DNA of 64,000 nucleotides from an uncultured beta proteobacterium (GTDB lineage: Bacteria; Pseudomonadota; Gammaproteobacteria; Burkholderiales; Burkholderiaceae_C): contig CAVTXI010000019.1 of NCBI GenBank assembly GCA_963738615.1, forward strand, positions 154,771-218,770. Reading direction: 5' to 3'. Positions 10,125-18,783 of the stretch are shown in pieces. A program made the position numbers and the translations under genes. How positions within the stretch are numbered: position 1 is the stretch's first letter; every line of letters starts with the position of its first letter. A model generated the notes under the pieces. It searched no databases and had not been told where the DNA came from. It saw nothing but the letters and a program-made list of their open reading frames with translations.

Positions 10125-11429
10125 ATGACTGTGCCAGCGCTACCCTTCCCTCCACCCGGCTACATCGCCGTCGCATCCGCCGTACCCGGCATCGAGGTCT
10201 ACGCCCCCGCGAAATCCGACACGGACAGCGTCGAGGGCGAAGCAAGGCGCGAAACCGTCGAGTTCCACTGCCCACAGTGCGGCGCCGGCACGGCCTACAG
10301 CGCGACCCACGGCGCGTTGGCATGCACACGCTGCGGCTACAAGGAAGCGCCCAAGGCCGACACCGTCGGCCAAGCCGCGCAGACCTTCGAGTTCAACGTC
10401 GACACGCTCGAGCGCGCGGCGCGCGGCTGGGGTCAGTCGCGGCTCGAGATCGCGTGCAGTGGTTGCGGTGCGCACGTCACGGTGCCGGAAGGTGCGCTGA
10501 CCGCAGCGTGCCCGTATTGCGCGTCGAACAAGGTGGTGCCGCGGCAGGCGTCGCAAGACACCATGCGCCCGCGTTTCGTCGTGCCGTTCACCCTCGACGC
10601 CCAAGCGCTCGAGCCCGTGGTGCGTCAGTGGCTGGGCAGCAGTTGGATGACGCCACGCGCGCTGGCCGACTCGGTGAACCCGGGCCGGCTCGAGCCGGTG
10701 TACGTGCCCTACTGGACCTTCGACGCGCGCGCCGACGCGCAATGGCAGGCCGAGGTCGGTGTCGATGAGACCCAACATCGCTTCGACGGCAACACCAAAC
10801 AAATGCAGACGCACACGGTGACGCACTGGCACAACGAGACGGGGCAAGCGACACAGCACTTCGCCGATCTGCTCGTCGTCGGCACCGACAAGCTGGGCGA
10901 GCGGCGCCTGAACGAGATCGGCAACTTCGACACCGCGGGTCTGGTCGCCTACGACGCAAGCCTGCTGGCCGGCACGCATGCGCAGGCGCACGACGTGGCG
11001 CTCGAGCCCGCGTGGGCCGCCGCGCGACATCGCATGCGTGAGGCCACGCGCAACACGTGCCGCGCGTCGATCCGCGGCGACCACGTCGCCAACTTCGTGA
11101 TGTCGCTCGACTTCGCCGACGAGCGTTGGCGCAACGCGCTGCTGCCCGTGTATGTGGCCGCGTACCGGCATGAAGGCAAGACGTACCGCGTGCTCGTCAA
11201 CGGCCAGACCGGTGCCATCGCCGGGCAGCGGCCGGTGGACCGCAAGCGCGTGCGCCTGGCAATCACCGCGCTGCTGGCACCAGGTGCGGTGTTGGCGCTG
11301 GCAGGGCTGGTCACGCTGGCCATGGGCTTGGGCGCCGTCCTGATGGCCGCGGGCCTGGTGCTGATGTTCTTCGGCGGCGTGATCGCCTCGGGCATCCGCG
11401 ACAAGGCGCGGTCGATGGACGATGACTGA
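10125..11429 (+). CDS. zinc-ribbon protein with C-terminal transmembrane helices, paralog 1 (unknown function)
   Basis: Two CxxC...CxxC ribbons (CPQCG..CTRCG; CSGCG..CPYC), then about 250 soluble aa, then a hydrophobic C terminus (LAITALLAPGAVLALAGLVTLAMGLGAVLMAAGLVLMFFGGVI); shares LPVY..WQA and VLVNGQTG..GQR blocks with the next ORF. Confidence 0.75.
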   Translation: MTVPALPFPPPGYIAVASAVPGIEVYAPAKSDTDSVEGEARRETVEFHCPQCGAGTAYSATHGALACTRCGYKEAPKADTVGQAAQTFEFNVDTLERAARGWGQSRLEIACSGCGAHVTVPEGALTAACPYCASNKVVPRQASQDTMRPRFVVPFTLDAQALEPVVRQWLGSSWMTPRALADSVNPGRLEPVYVPYWTFDARADAQWQAEVGVDETQHRFDGNTKQMQTHTVTHWHNETGQATQHFADLLVVGTDKLGERRLNEIGNFDTAGLVAYDASLLAGTHAQAHDVALEPAWAAARHRMREATRNTCRASIRGDHVANFVMSLDFADERWRNALLPVYVAAYRHEGKTYRVLVNGQTGAIAGQRPVDRKRVRLAITALLAPGAVLALAGLVTLAMGLGAVLMAAGLVLMFFGGVIASGIRDKARSMDDD

Positions 11430-12558
11430 GCACGCACGCCCGATGCCCGCCCCGATGCCCACCTCACGACGAAGCCTGCATTGCGTCGCCTGCGGCTGGT
11501 CGTTCGTCGGTGACGCGAACGGCGCAGCACCCGGCCCGTGCCCGCACTGCTGGCGTGCCGAACTGAGCCCTGCGGCCGACACCTCGGCGCTGCCCGTCGA
11601 GAAGCTCGTGCCTTTCGCGTTGTCGCAAGCGCAGATCGATGCCGCCATCACGAGCTTCGCGAAAGGCATCCCCCATCCACCCACCGACCTCGAGGCTTCG
11701 ACGCTGCGCAAGCGCAAGCGCGCGATGGCGCTGCCGGTGTACCTGGTCGACGCCGACGTGAAGGCCACGTGGCAGGCGCAGGCGGGGTTCGACTATCAGG
11801 TGGTGAGCCATCGCGAGCAGAACGCAGGTGCCGGCTGGCAGACCGAACAGATCGAAGAAACGCGCGTGCGCTGGGAGCCGCGCGTCGGCAGGCTCGAGCG
11901 ATCGTTCCAGAACCTTCACGCGCCCGCACTGGAAGAGCACGATGAACTGATGCAGCGTCTGAGCCACTACGACACCAGCAAAGCCGTGGACGCACAACCT
12001 CGAGGCGCCGATGCAGCCACGCTGATGCGCCTGCCCGATCGTCCCACCACCGACGCCTGGCACGAGGCCACCGCAAGCCTGCACACCGCCGCAGCCGACG
12101 AATGCCGCAAGGCCGCGGGCGCGCAGCACATCCGCGAGTTCCACTGGCAACCGACGTGCGACAACCCGAACTGGACCCTGCTGCATCTGCCGGTCTGGGG
12201 CACGCACTACACCGACGACGACGGCAAGCCGCAGCCGGTGCTGATCAACGGTCAGACAGGGCATCTGTGGGGGCAGCGCCGCGGCTCGATGAAACGCGCA
12301 CGCGGTTTCGCCTTCACGCTGCTCGCGATCGGCGCACTCGTCTTCGCGCTCGCCATCGTGATCGCGCTTGTTGCGCTGGCGTTGCCGTTGCTGATGCCGG
12401 TGGCGGGCACGGTGGCGGTCGTGGGGCTGGCCATCGCGGCGGGCTCGGCCGTGCCGGTCGGGCGGGTGTGGGGCTTCAACCGCGAGGAGCGGCGCCGTGA
12501 GCGCCCTCTCGACGCACGCCGCAAACTGGACAAAAATACAGCCCGCTCTGACCGCTGA
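11422..12558 (+). CDS. zinc-ribbon protein with C-terminal transmembrane helices, paralog 2 (unknown function)
   Basis: One CxxC..CxxC ribbon (CVACG..CPHC), shared LPVYLVDADVKATWQAQAG and VLINGQTGHLWGQR blocks, hydrophobic C terminus; overlaps paralog 1 by 8 nt and ends 6 nt before the MTase start. Confidence 0.75.
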   Translation: MTEHARPMPAPMPTSRRSLHCVACGWSFVGDANGAAPGPCPHCWRAELSPAADTSALPVEKLVPFALSQAQIDAAITSFAKGIPHPPTDLEASTLRKRKRAMALPVYLVDADVKATWQAQAGFDYQVVSHREQNAGAGWQTEQIEETRVRWEPRVGRLERSFQNLHAPALEEHDELMQRLSHYDTSKAVDAQPRGADAATLMRLPDRPTTDAWHEATASLHTAAADECRKAAGAQHIREFHWQPTCDNPNWTLLHLPVWGTHYTDDDGKPQPVLINGQTGHLWGQRRGSMKRARGFAFTLLAIGALVFALAIVIALVALALPLLMPVAGTVAVVGLAIAAGSAVPVGRVWGFNREERRRERPLDARRKLDKNTARSDR

Positions 12559-12563
12559 CCGCC

Positions 12564-13859
12564 ATGCTTCTCGATCGATGGAAGGCTGGGGGTTTCGCCT
12601 TCTCCCGCGTGGAATGCACGGCCTACGAGATCGATGCCGATGTGCGCGCGCATCTCGCGGCCACCCTAGCCACCTACTCGCAGCCCCGGCGCCTGGCATC
12701 CAAAGTCATGGGCGCTGACTTCATCACGACTGCTGCACTCGACATCGTCGAGGGTCAGGTCGGCCGACCCTACACGCATGCGATCCTCAACCCGCCCTAC
12801 AAGAAGATCAACAACGACAGCGCACATCGACGCGCGTTGAGCCAGGTCGGCATCGAGACGGTGAATCTCTACACCGCCTTCGTCGCGCTCGCGATCGAGC
12901 AGATGGCACCGGGCGGCATCGTCGTCGCGATCATTCCGCGATCGTTCTGCAACGGTACCTACTACAAGCCCTTCCGCGAGTTGATGCTGGAGAAGACAGC
13001 GCTGCGCGCCGTGCACCTGTTCGACAGCCGCGACTCGGCCTTCAAGGACGACGCCGTGCTTCAAGAGAACATCATCATCGTGTTGGAGCGCGGAGGAACG
13101 CAGGGCGATGTCGTGGTGACGACATCGACCGACGACTCGTTCACCGATGCGCGCACCTTCACCCACCCCTTCGACCGCATCGTATTTCCGGGCGATGGTG
13201 AACGATTCATCCACGTGCCGACGACCGATCGCGAAACGGCGCTCGAGCGCGTCAACGGGGTGCGCTTGACGCTCGACGAGATCGGCGTTCGCGTGTCGAC
13301 AGGCCCGATCGTGGACTTCCGGCTGAAGGACCACCTTCGCTTCGATACGGAGCCCGGGTCGGTGCCGATCCTCTACCCGATGCATTTCTCCTGCGGAAGT
13401 GGCGTGACCTGGCCAGTTGTCGGCGGCAAGAAGCCGAACGCGATCGTCGTCAACGACGAGACGCTGCCCTGGCTGATGCCCAACGGCTTCTACTGCGTCG
13501 TGCGTCGCTTCTCGTCGAAAGAAGAGCGCCGCAGGATCGTTGCCAACGTCATCCGCCCGCAAGATTTCCCCGCGGGAACCGAGTTCCTCGGGCTCGAGAA
13601 CCACATCAACGTCTTCAACGATCGTCGACGCGGCCTGCCCGAGTCGATGGCCCACGGCCTGGCCGTCTACATGAACACGACCGCCGTCGACGAAGCGTTT
13701 CGGCGCTTCAGTGGACATACACAAGTGAACGCCGGCGACCTGCGGACGATGCGCTACCCCAGCCGCGACATGCTGATGAAGCTCGGCGCCTGGGGCAAAG
13801 CGAACCCATCGGCCACGCAGGACGCCATTGATCGCGCATTCGAATCGCTGACGGCATGA
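12564..13859 (+). CDS. N6-adenine DNA methyltransferase, PstI/BsuBI (Eco57I-like gamma class) family
   Basis: NPPY catalytic motif (HAILNPPY) preceded by a motif II-like VECTAYEIDADV; a motif I-like segment abuts the start and an in-frame stop lies 4 codons upstream, so the N terminus looks shorter than family members. Confidence 0.75.
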   Translation: MLLDRWKAGGFAFSRVECTAYEIDADVRAHLAATLATYSQPRRLASKVMGADFITTAALDIVEGQVGRPYTHAILNPPYKKINNDSAHRRALSQVGIETVNLYTAFVALAIEQMAPGGIVVAIIPRSFCNGTYYKPFRELMLEKTALRAVHLFDSRDSAFKDDAVLQENIIIVLERGGTQGDVVVTTSTDDSFTDARTFTHPFDRIVFPGDGERFIHVPTTDRETALERVNGVRLTLDEIGVRVSTGPIVDFRLKDHLRFDTEPGSVPILYPMHFSCGSGVTWPVVGGKKPNAIVVNDETLPWLMPNGFYCVVRRFSSKEERRRIVANVIRPQDFPAGTEFLGLENHINVFNDRRRGLPESMAHGLAVYMNTTAVDEAFRRFSGHTQVNAGDLRTMRYPSRDMLMKLGAWGKANPSATQDAIDRAFESLTA

Positions 13860-14490
13860 CGACCCGCAAGCGCCATCTCGCGGAAGCCTTGCGCATCCTC
13901 GCTGACCTTGGAATGCCGAAGGCCCAGCAGAACGAGCGTTCGGCGGTCACGCTGCTGGCCTTGGCGGGGCTGCGCCCGGGGCTCGAGTGGCGCGACGCGA
14001 GCGCTCCGCTGGTGGGCATCACGCCGATCATGGAGTGGGCCAAGGCGCACTACGGCAAGGCCTACGCGCCAAACACACGTGAGACGTTCCGCCGTCAATC
14101 GATGCATCAACTGGTGGCAGCAGGTCTTGCGCTCTACAACCCAGATGAGCCGCAACGTCCGGTCAACAGCCCCAAGGCATCTACCAGATGGACGAGCACG
14201 GCAAGATGCCCGATGTGGTGCTGTGGTACGAGGAGAAGAACTGGCTGCTGTTGGTGGAGTCGGCCACCAGCCACGGGCCGGTTGACAGCAAGCGCCACGG
14301 TGAGCTGTCGAAGCTCTTCGCTTCGGCCAGGCCCGGGCTCGTCTTCGTCACGGCGTTCCCGGACCGTCGGACGATGGGTCGCTACCTTGCCGACATGGCT
14401 TGGGAAAGCGATGTGTGGATCGCTGACGACCCGTCGCACATGGTCCACTTCAACGGGTCGCGGTTTCTGGGGCCATATGAAGCGCACTGA
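13856..14490 (+). CDS. PstI/BsuBI-like type II restriction endonuclease (apparent -1 frameshift near 14178)
   Basis: The N-terminal frame (13856..) matches the BsuBI/PstI REase N domain (LGMPKAQQNERSAVTLLAL..GITPIMEWAKAHYGKAYAPNTRETFRRQSMHQ..YNPD..PVNSPKA); the C-terminal frame (14188..14490) matches the C domain (MPDVVLWYEEKNWLLLVESATSHGPVD..VTAFPDRRTMGRY..VWIADDPSHMVHFNGSRFLGPY); start overlaps the MTase stop (ATGA). Confidence 0.7.
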
Positions 14491-14549
14491 GCGCTATCCC
14501 ATGGGGGAGGCCGCGGGCCTAAACTCACGAGACGATCGAGAGGCAATGC

Positions 14550-15071
14550 ATGACCAACGAAGTCATCGAAAGGCCGCTCAGCGCCGAGGCGTTGGGTTCG
14601 CTGTTCCGTGACCTATGTGCCGACCCGCGGTTCGGCAATTTGCCGGGCAAGCTCGAACTGGACCCGTGGGGGCGAATCCTGATGAGTCCTGCGAACAATC
14701 GTCACAGCGTCATCCAGACGCTGCTTGCCATGCGTCTGGGCGCCCTCGTCGGCGGCCAACCGATCGTCGAGGCTTCGGTGGTCACACCCGCAGGCCTCTT
14801 TGTCGCGGATGTCGTGTGGGCGTCGGAGGCGTTCATGCGCACCCACGGCGCGCAGACGCCGTTCGAGCGCGCGCCCGAACTTTGCATCGAAGTCGCGTCG
14901 CCGTCGAACTCGCGCAAGGAACTTCGCGAGAAGGTCGACGCCTACATCGCCACGGGCGCGAGTGAAGCCTGGATTGCCTACCCTCAATCCAAGCGCTTCG
15001 AGTTCTTCGGCGCGGGCGGTCAGCTGGCGCGGTCGCAGTTCGCTGTCGATCTCGACGGGCTGTTCGACTAA
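14550..15071 (+). CDS. Uma2-family (DUF820) PD-(D/E)xK restriction-endonuclease-like protein
   Basis: 173 aa with the typical Uma2 core (ADVVW..PELCIEVASPSN..KVDAYIATGASEAWIAYP). Confidence 0.75.
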   Translation: MTNEVIERPLSAEALGSLFRDLCADPRFGNLPGKLELDPWGRILMSPANNRHSVIQTLLAMRLGALVGGQPIVEASVVTPAGLFVADVVWASEAFMRTHGAQTPFERAPELCIEVASPSNSRKELREKVDAYIATGASEAWIAYPQSKRFEFFGAGGQLARSQFAVDLDGLFD

Positions 15072-15091
15072 CCGCGACAAGCGCAGCCCCA

Positions 15092-16156
15092 CTACTTCAC
15101 CCCCGCACTCGCAATCCCCGTCGTGATGTAGCGCTGCAAGAACGCAAACACCAGCGTCACCGGCAACAGCGTGATCACGGTCATTGCCAGCAGGTAGTGC
15201 CACTGGGTATTGAGTTCCCCCTGGAACGCGTTCAACGCCAGTTGCAGCGTGAACACCTCGGAGCGTGACAGCACGATCAGCGGCAGCAGGAAATCGTTCC
15301 AGCGCCACATCACCGAGAAGATCGCGAGTACCGCCAATGCGGGCGCGGTCAGCGGCAGGATGATTCGCCAGTAGATGCGCCATTCGCTGGCGTGGTCCAT
15401 GCGCGCGGCCTCGAGCAATTCGTCGGGGATCGTCAGCATGTATTGGCGCAGCAGGAACACGCCGGTCGGCGTGGCGATGGCCGGCAGGATCACGCCCCAC
15501 AGGCTGTTGAGCAGGCCCACCTGGCCGATGACCAGAAACACCGGCACGAGGATGATCGTCGGGGGGATCATCAGCGTGGCGATGATCACAAGAAACACCG
15601 CCTTGTCGCCCTTGAACGAATACTTCGACAGCGCGAAGGCAGCCATCGAATTCACCAGCAGCGTCAGTACTGTCGCGATCACGGTGATGAAGACGCTGTT
15701 CCAGAGGTAGCGGCCGAACGAGAACTTCGCGAACAGGTCGCTGTAGTTGTTCCATGCGAACTGCAGACGGCTGATCGGCGTGCGGTCCCTGATATTCACC
15801 TGCACCGGCGCCGCTGTCGGGTCGGCGGGGTCGACCATCGTCGCCATGATGCCGATGCGGCGCAGTTGCGCCATCGGTTTGACGCTTGCATCCGCGAGCT
15901 TCGTTGCGAAGAGCGGCAGCGGCTGCGCCTGACCTTCCACCTGGACCGTCGCCTGCGAGTACGGCAGGAAGCTCGGCGGGAAGACGTTGATCGCGCTTTC
16001 GGTCTTGAAGGACGACATCACCAGCCACAAGATCGGCGCGAACATCGTGATCAAGCCGATGAACAAGTACGCGTAGCTGGCGACGTCGGTCCAGTGCAGT
16101 CGGGTGCCGCCGCGGCTGGCAGTGAGCCACGCCAATGACGATGTGCCTTTTGTCAT
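15092..16156 (-). CDS. carbohydrate ABC transporter permease (MalG/AraQ-like)
   Basis: Multi-TM protein with an EAA loop (EAARMDHASEWRIYWRIILPL). Confidence 0.9.
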   Translation of the reverse strand: MTKGTSSLAWLTASRGGTRLHWTDVASYAYLFIGLITMFAPILWLVMSSFKTESAINVFPPSFLPYSQATVQVEGQAQPLPLFATKLADASVKPMAQLRRIGIMATMVDPADPTAAPVQVNIRDRTPISRLQFAWNNYSDLFAKFSFGRYLWNSVFITVIATVLTLLVNSMAAFALSKYSFKGDKAVFLVIIATLMIPPTIILVPVFLVIGQVGLLNSLWGVILPAIATPTGVFLLRQYMLTIPDELLEAARMDHASEWRIYWRIILPLTAPALAVLAIFSVMWRWNDFLLPLIVLSRSEVFTLQLALNAFQGELNTQWHYLLAMTVITLLPVTLVFAFLQRYITTGIASAGVK

Positions 16157-16251
16157 GCGCTGCGCTTCATAGGGGGCCTATCGAGGCTCGCGCCGAGCGT
16201 AGCATTGCCGCCCCTCAGGACGAGCCGTCGTTCCGCCCAACAGAGAACCTT

Positions 16252-17766
16252 ATGAAGAAGATCATCATCGGCGCCGTCGTCGCGCTGCTCGCGCTGGCTT
16301 GGCCGGCCGCAACCTGGTGGACAGGCAAGCAGGTCGAAACGCGCCTGGCCGACAACGCCAGGAAGCTCGAAGACATGCCTTTCATGAAGGTCGTCAAACG
16401 CGACTTCAAGCGTGGCTTCGGCAGTTCGACCGAAGACGTCACGATCGAGCTCTTCGGTGGCTTCCAGCGCGCGATCGAACAGTCTCGCAAGGACGACGCA
16501 GCCGCGAACGCCGCCGCCGACATGCTGCAACCGATGCAACTGACCTTCCGCTCGACCATCCAGCATGGTCCCTTCGCGGGCGGCAAGGTCGCTGCGGCGG
16601 TCGTCGATTCCGAAATGATCTTGGACGCCAAGACCAACGAGGCGCTGACCAAAGCCTTCGGCGGTAAGAAGCCGCTGACCGCGCGCACGGTCTTCGACTA
16701 CGGCGGCGCGGGCCGCACGTCGATGCAAAGCCCGGCAATGACGACCACGCTGCAGGGCGAAGACGGTGAGCCGGTGTCGATCGCATGGGACGGCATGACG
16801 GCGGATGTGGAATTCAGCGTCGACATGAAGCGTCTGGTGATGAGCGGCAAGGCGCCGAAGTTCGAGCTGAAGGGCGCCAAGGGTGAGCAGATGGTGATGT
16901 CGGGCATGCAGCTCAGCGGCCAGCAGACGCGCGTATTCGACGACGAGCCCCTGCTGTATGGCGGCAAGCAGCGGCTCGAGATCGCGCGCTTCGAATTCAG
17001 CGCACCGAAAACCCAGCAGGTCGGTGACGCGAAGGCGACGGTGATGAGCATCGAGAACATGGTCTACGACGTCGACACGCCCATCGCGGGTGAGTTCATC
17101 GACATCGTCGCCAAGATGGGTGCCGCCAAGTTCGTGATCGACCAGCAGGACTACGGCCCGGCGAACTACGACACGTCGTTCAAGCGCATGCACGCGCGCA
17201 CCGTGGCCGGGCTCTACCGCGACATGATGAAGATGTACGCCGACCCGGCGCTGCTGGCCGGCAAGCCCGACCCCGCCATGATCCTCGGGCCGATGATGCA
17301 ACGCGCGCAAGAGCTGCTGAAGCACAACCCCGAATTCGCGATCGACCGCATCAGCTTCAAGAGCCCTCAAGGCGAAGGCCTGGTGTCAGCACGCGTTGCG
17401 CTGAAGGACGTGAAGCCCGACGACTTGTCGAACGCCGCAGCCCTGATCCCGAAGATCGACGCAACCGCAAAGGTCGTGCTGCCCGAAGCCATGCTGGCAG
17501 AGATGAGCGCCTCGAGAGCGGAAACGCCTGAAGAGAAGAATGCGCAGCGCCAGATGTTCACCATGCAGGTGCAGTCCTTCAGCGACCAGGGTTACGTGGT
17601 CCGCAAGGGCGCGATGCTCGAGTCGACGATTGTGTTCAAGGACGGCCAACTCACCGTGAACGGCAAGCCGCTGGGGCCGATGGGTGCGATGGGTGCGCGG
17701 GGCCAAGGAGACCCGCAAGGCCAGCGCCCAACGGGGCCGCGCGGCGCGCCACGCAAGCGTCCTTAA
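16252..17766 (+). CDS. YdgA-like DUF945 family protein (N-terminal anchor, periplasmic)
   Basis: The real start MKKIIIGAVVALLALAWP lies inside the longer ORF; about 505 aa with a Gly/Pro-rich C terminus; lies between the two permease genes on the opposite strand. Confidence 0.6.
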   Translation: MKKIIIGAVVALLALAWPAATWWTGKQVETRLADNARKLEDMPFMKVVKRDFKRGFGSSTEDVTIELFGGFQRAIEQSRKDDAAANAAADMLQPMQLTFRSTIQHGPFAGGKVAAAVVDSEMILDAKTNEALTKAFGGKKPLTARTVFDYGGAGRTSMQSPAMTTTLQGEDGEPVSIAWDGMTADVEFSVDMKRLVMSGKAPKFELKGAKGEQMVMSGMQLSGQQTRVFDDEPLLYGGKQRLEIARFEFSAPKTQQVGDAKATVMSIENMVYDVDTPIAGEFIDIVAKMGAAKFVIDQQDYGPANYDTSFKRMHARTVAGLYRDMMKMYADPALLAGKPDPAMILGPMMQRAQELLKHNPEFAIDRISFKSPQGEGLVSARVALKDVKPDDLSNAAALIPKIDATAKVVLPEAMLAEMSASRAETPEEKNAQRQMFTMQVQSFSDQGYVVRKGAMLESTIVFKDGQLTVNGKPLGPMGAMGARGQGDPQGQRPTGPRGAPRKRP

Positions 17767-18773
17767 GACTTCTTCGGCGGTGTTGACGGGGTGCGCTTCC
17801 CCGCGTCACCCGCGCGCGTCAGGCGCAACTGCACCAGCGTCAGCACCACCAGGAACACCGCCAGGATCAGCGACCCCGCCGCCGCCAGCCCGTACAGGTG
17901 GATCTGCTCGGCGAAGCCCGTCTGGTAGATGAACTGCACCATGAAGGTCGTGGCCGATCCGGGGCCGCCGCCGGTCAACACGAACACTTCGTCGAAGACC
18001 TGCACCGCGCGGATCATCGCCAGCACCAGCACGACGATCAGGTTCGGCATCAACAGCGGCAGCGTGATGCGCGTGAGCGTGCGCCACGGCGATGCGCGGT
18101 CCATCAGCGCGGCTTCGTACAGGTCTTTCGGAATCGCCTGCAACCCCGCCAGCAGGATCAGCGTGTAGAACCCCATGTGCGCCCAGATCGACACGAACAC
18201 GGCCCAGAAGAAAGCCCAGCCCGCGTTGGTCAGCCACTCCACCGGTTGCGCGCCCGCGGCGACCAGCCCGGCGTTAAACGCGCCCTGGCTTTGCAGCAGC
18301 CACTTCCAGATCAGCGCGACCACCACCGGCGACAGCAGCACCGGGTAGAAGAACACGCCGCGCCAGAAGCCGCGGCCGATGATCTTGCGGTTGAGCACCA
18401 GCGCCGTCACCATCGACAGCACAACCATCAAGCCGACTTGAATCAGCGCGAACTTCGCGGTGTTGTAGATCGCGCGCCAGAACACGTCTTTGCGGCAGGT
18501 CTGCACGTCGAAGTAGTTCTTGCACTCGAGCAGCGTCTGGAAGTTCTCGGCGCCGACGTAGGGGCGCTCGGTCGGCAGCAGCTTCACGCCGCCGGTCGCG
18601 GCGTACCAGACGTTGATCGCGATCGGCAGGAAGCAGAAGAGGCCGAAGACGATCAGGTTCGGCCCGACGAAGAGCCACGCCAAGCGCTGGATGCCGAAAC
18701 GGCGCTGCACCCAGCCGAACAGCGGCTCGAAGAGGCCGAAGAACGGCGCGAGCAGGCGGGAAGCCGCCATCAT
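17763..18773 (-). CDS. carbohydrate ABC transporter permease (MalF/AraP-like)
   Basis: Multi-TM protein with an EAA loop (EAALMDRASPWRTLTRITLPL). Confidence 0.9.
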   Translation of the reverse strand: MMAASRLLAPFFGLFEPLFGWVQRRFGIQRLAWLFVGPNLIVFGLFCFLPIAINVWYAATGGVKLLPTERPYVGAENFQTLLECKNYFDVQTCRKDVFWRAIYNTAKFALIQVGLMVVLSMVTALVLNRKIIGRGFWRGVFFYPVLLSPVVVALIWKWLLQSQGAFNAGLVAAGAQPVEWLTNAGWAFFWAVFVSIWAHMGFYTLILLAGLQAIPKDLYEAALMDRASPWRTLTRITLPLLMPNLIVVLVLAMIRAVQVFDEVFVLTGGGPGSATTFMVQFIYQTGFAEQIHLYGLAAAGSLILAVFLVVLTLVQLRLTRAGDAGKRTPSTPPKKS

Positions 18774-18783
18774 GAGGCCGCTG

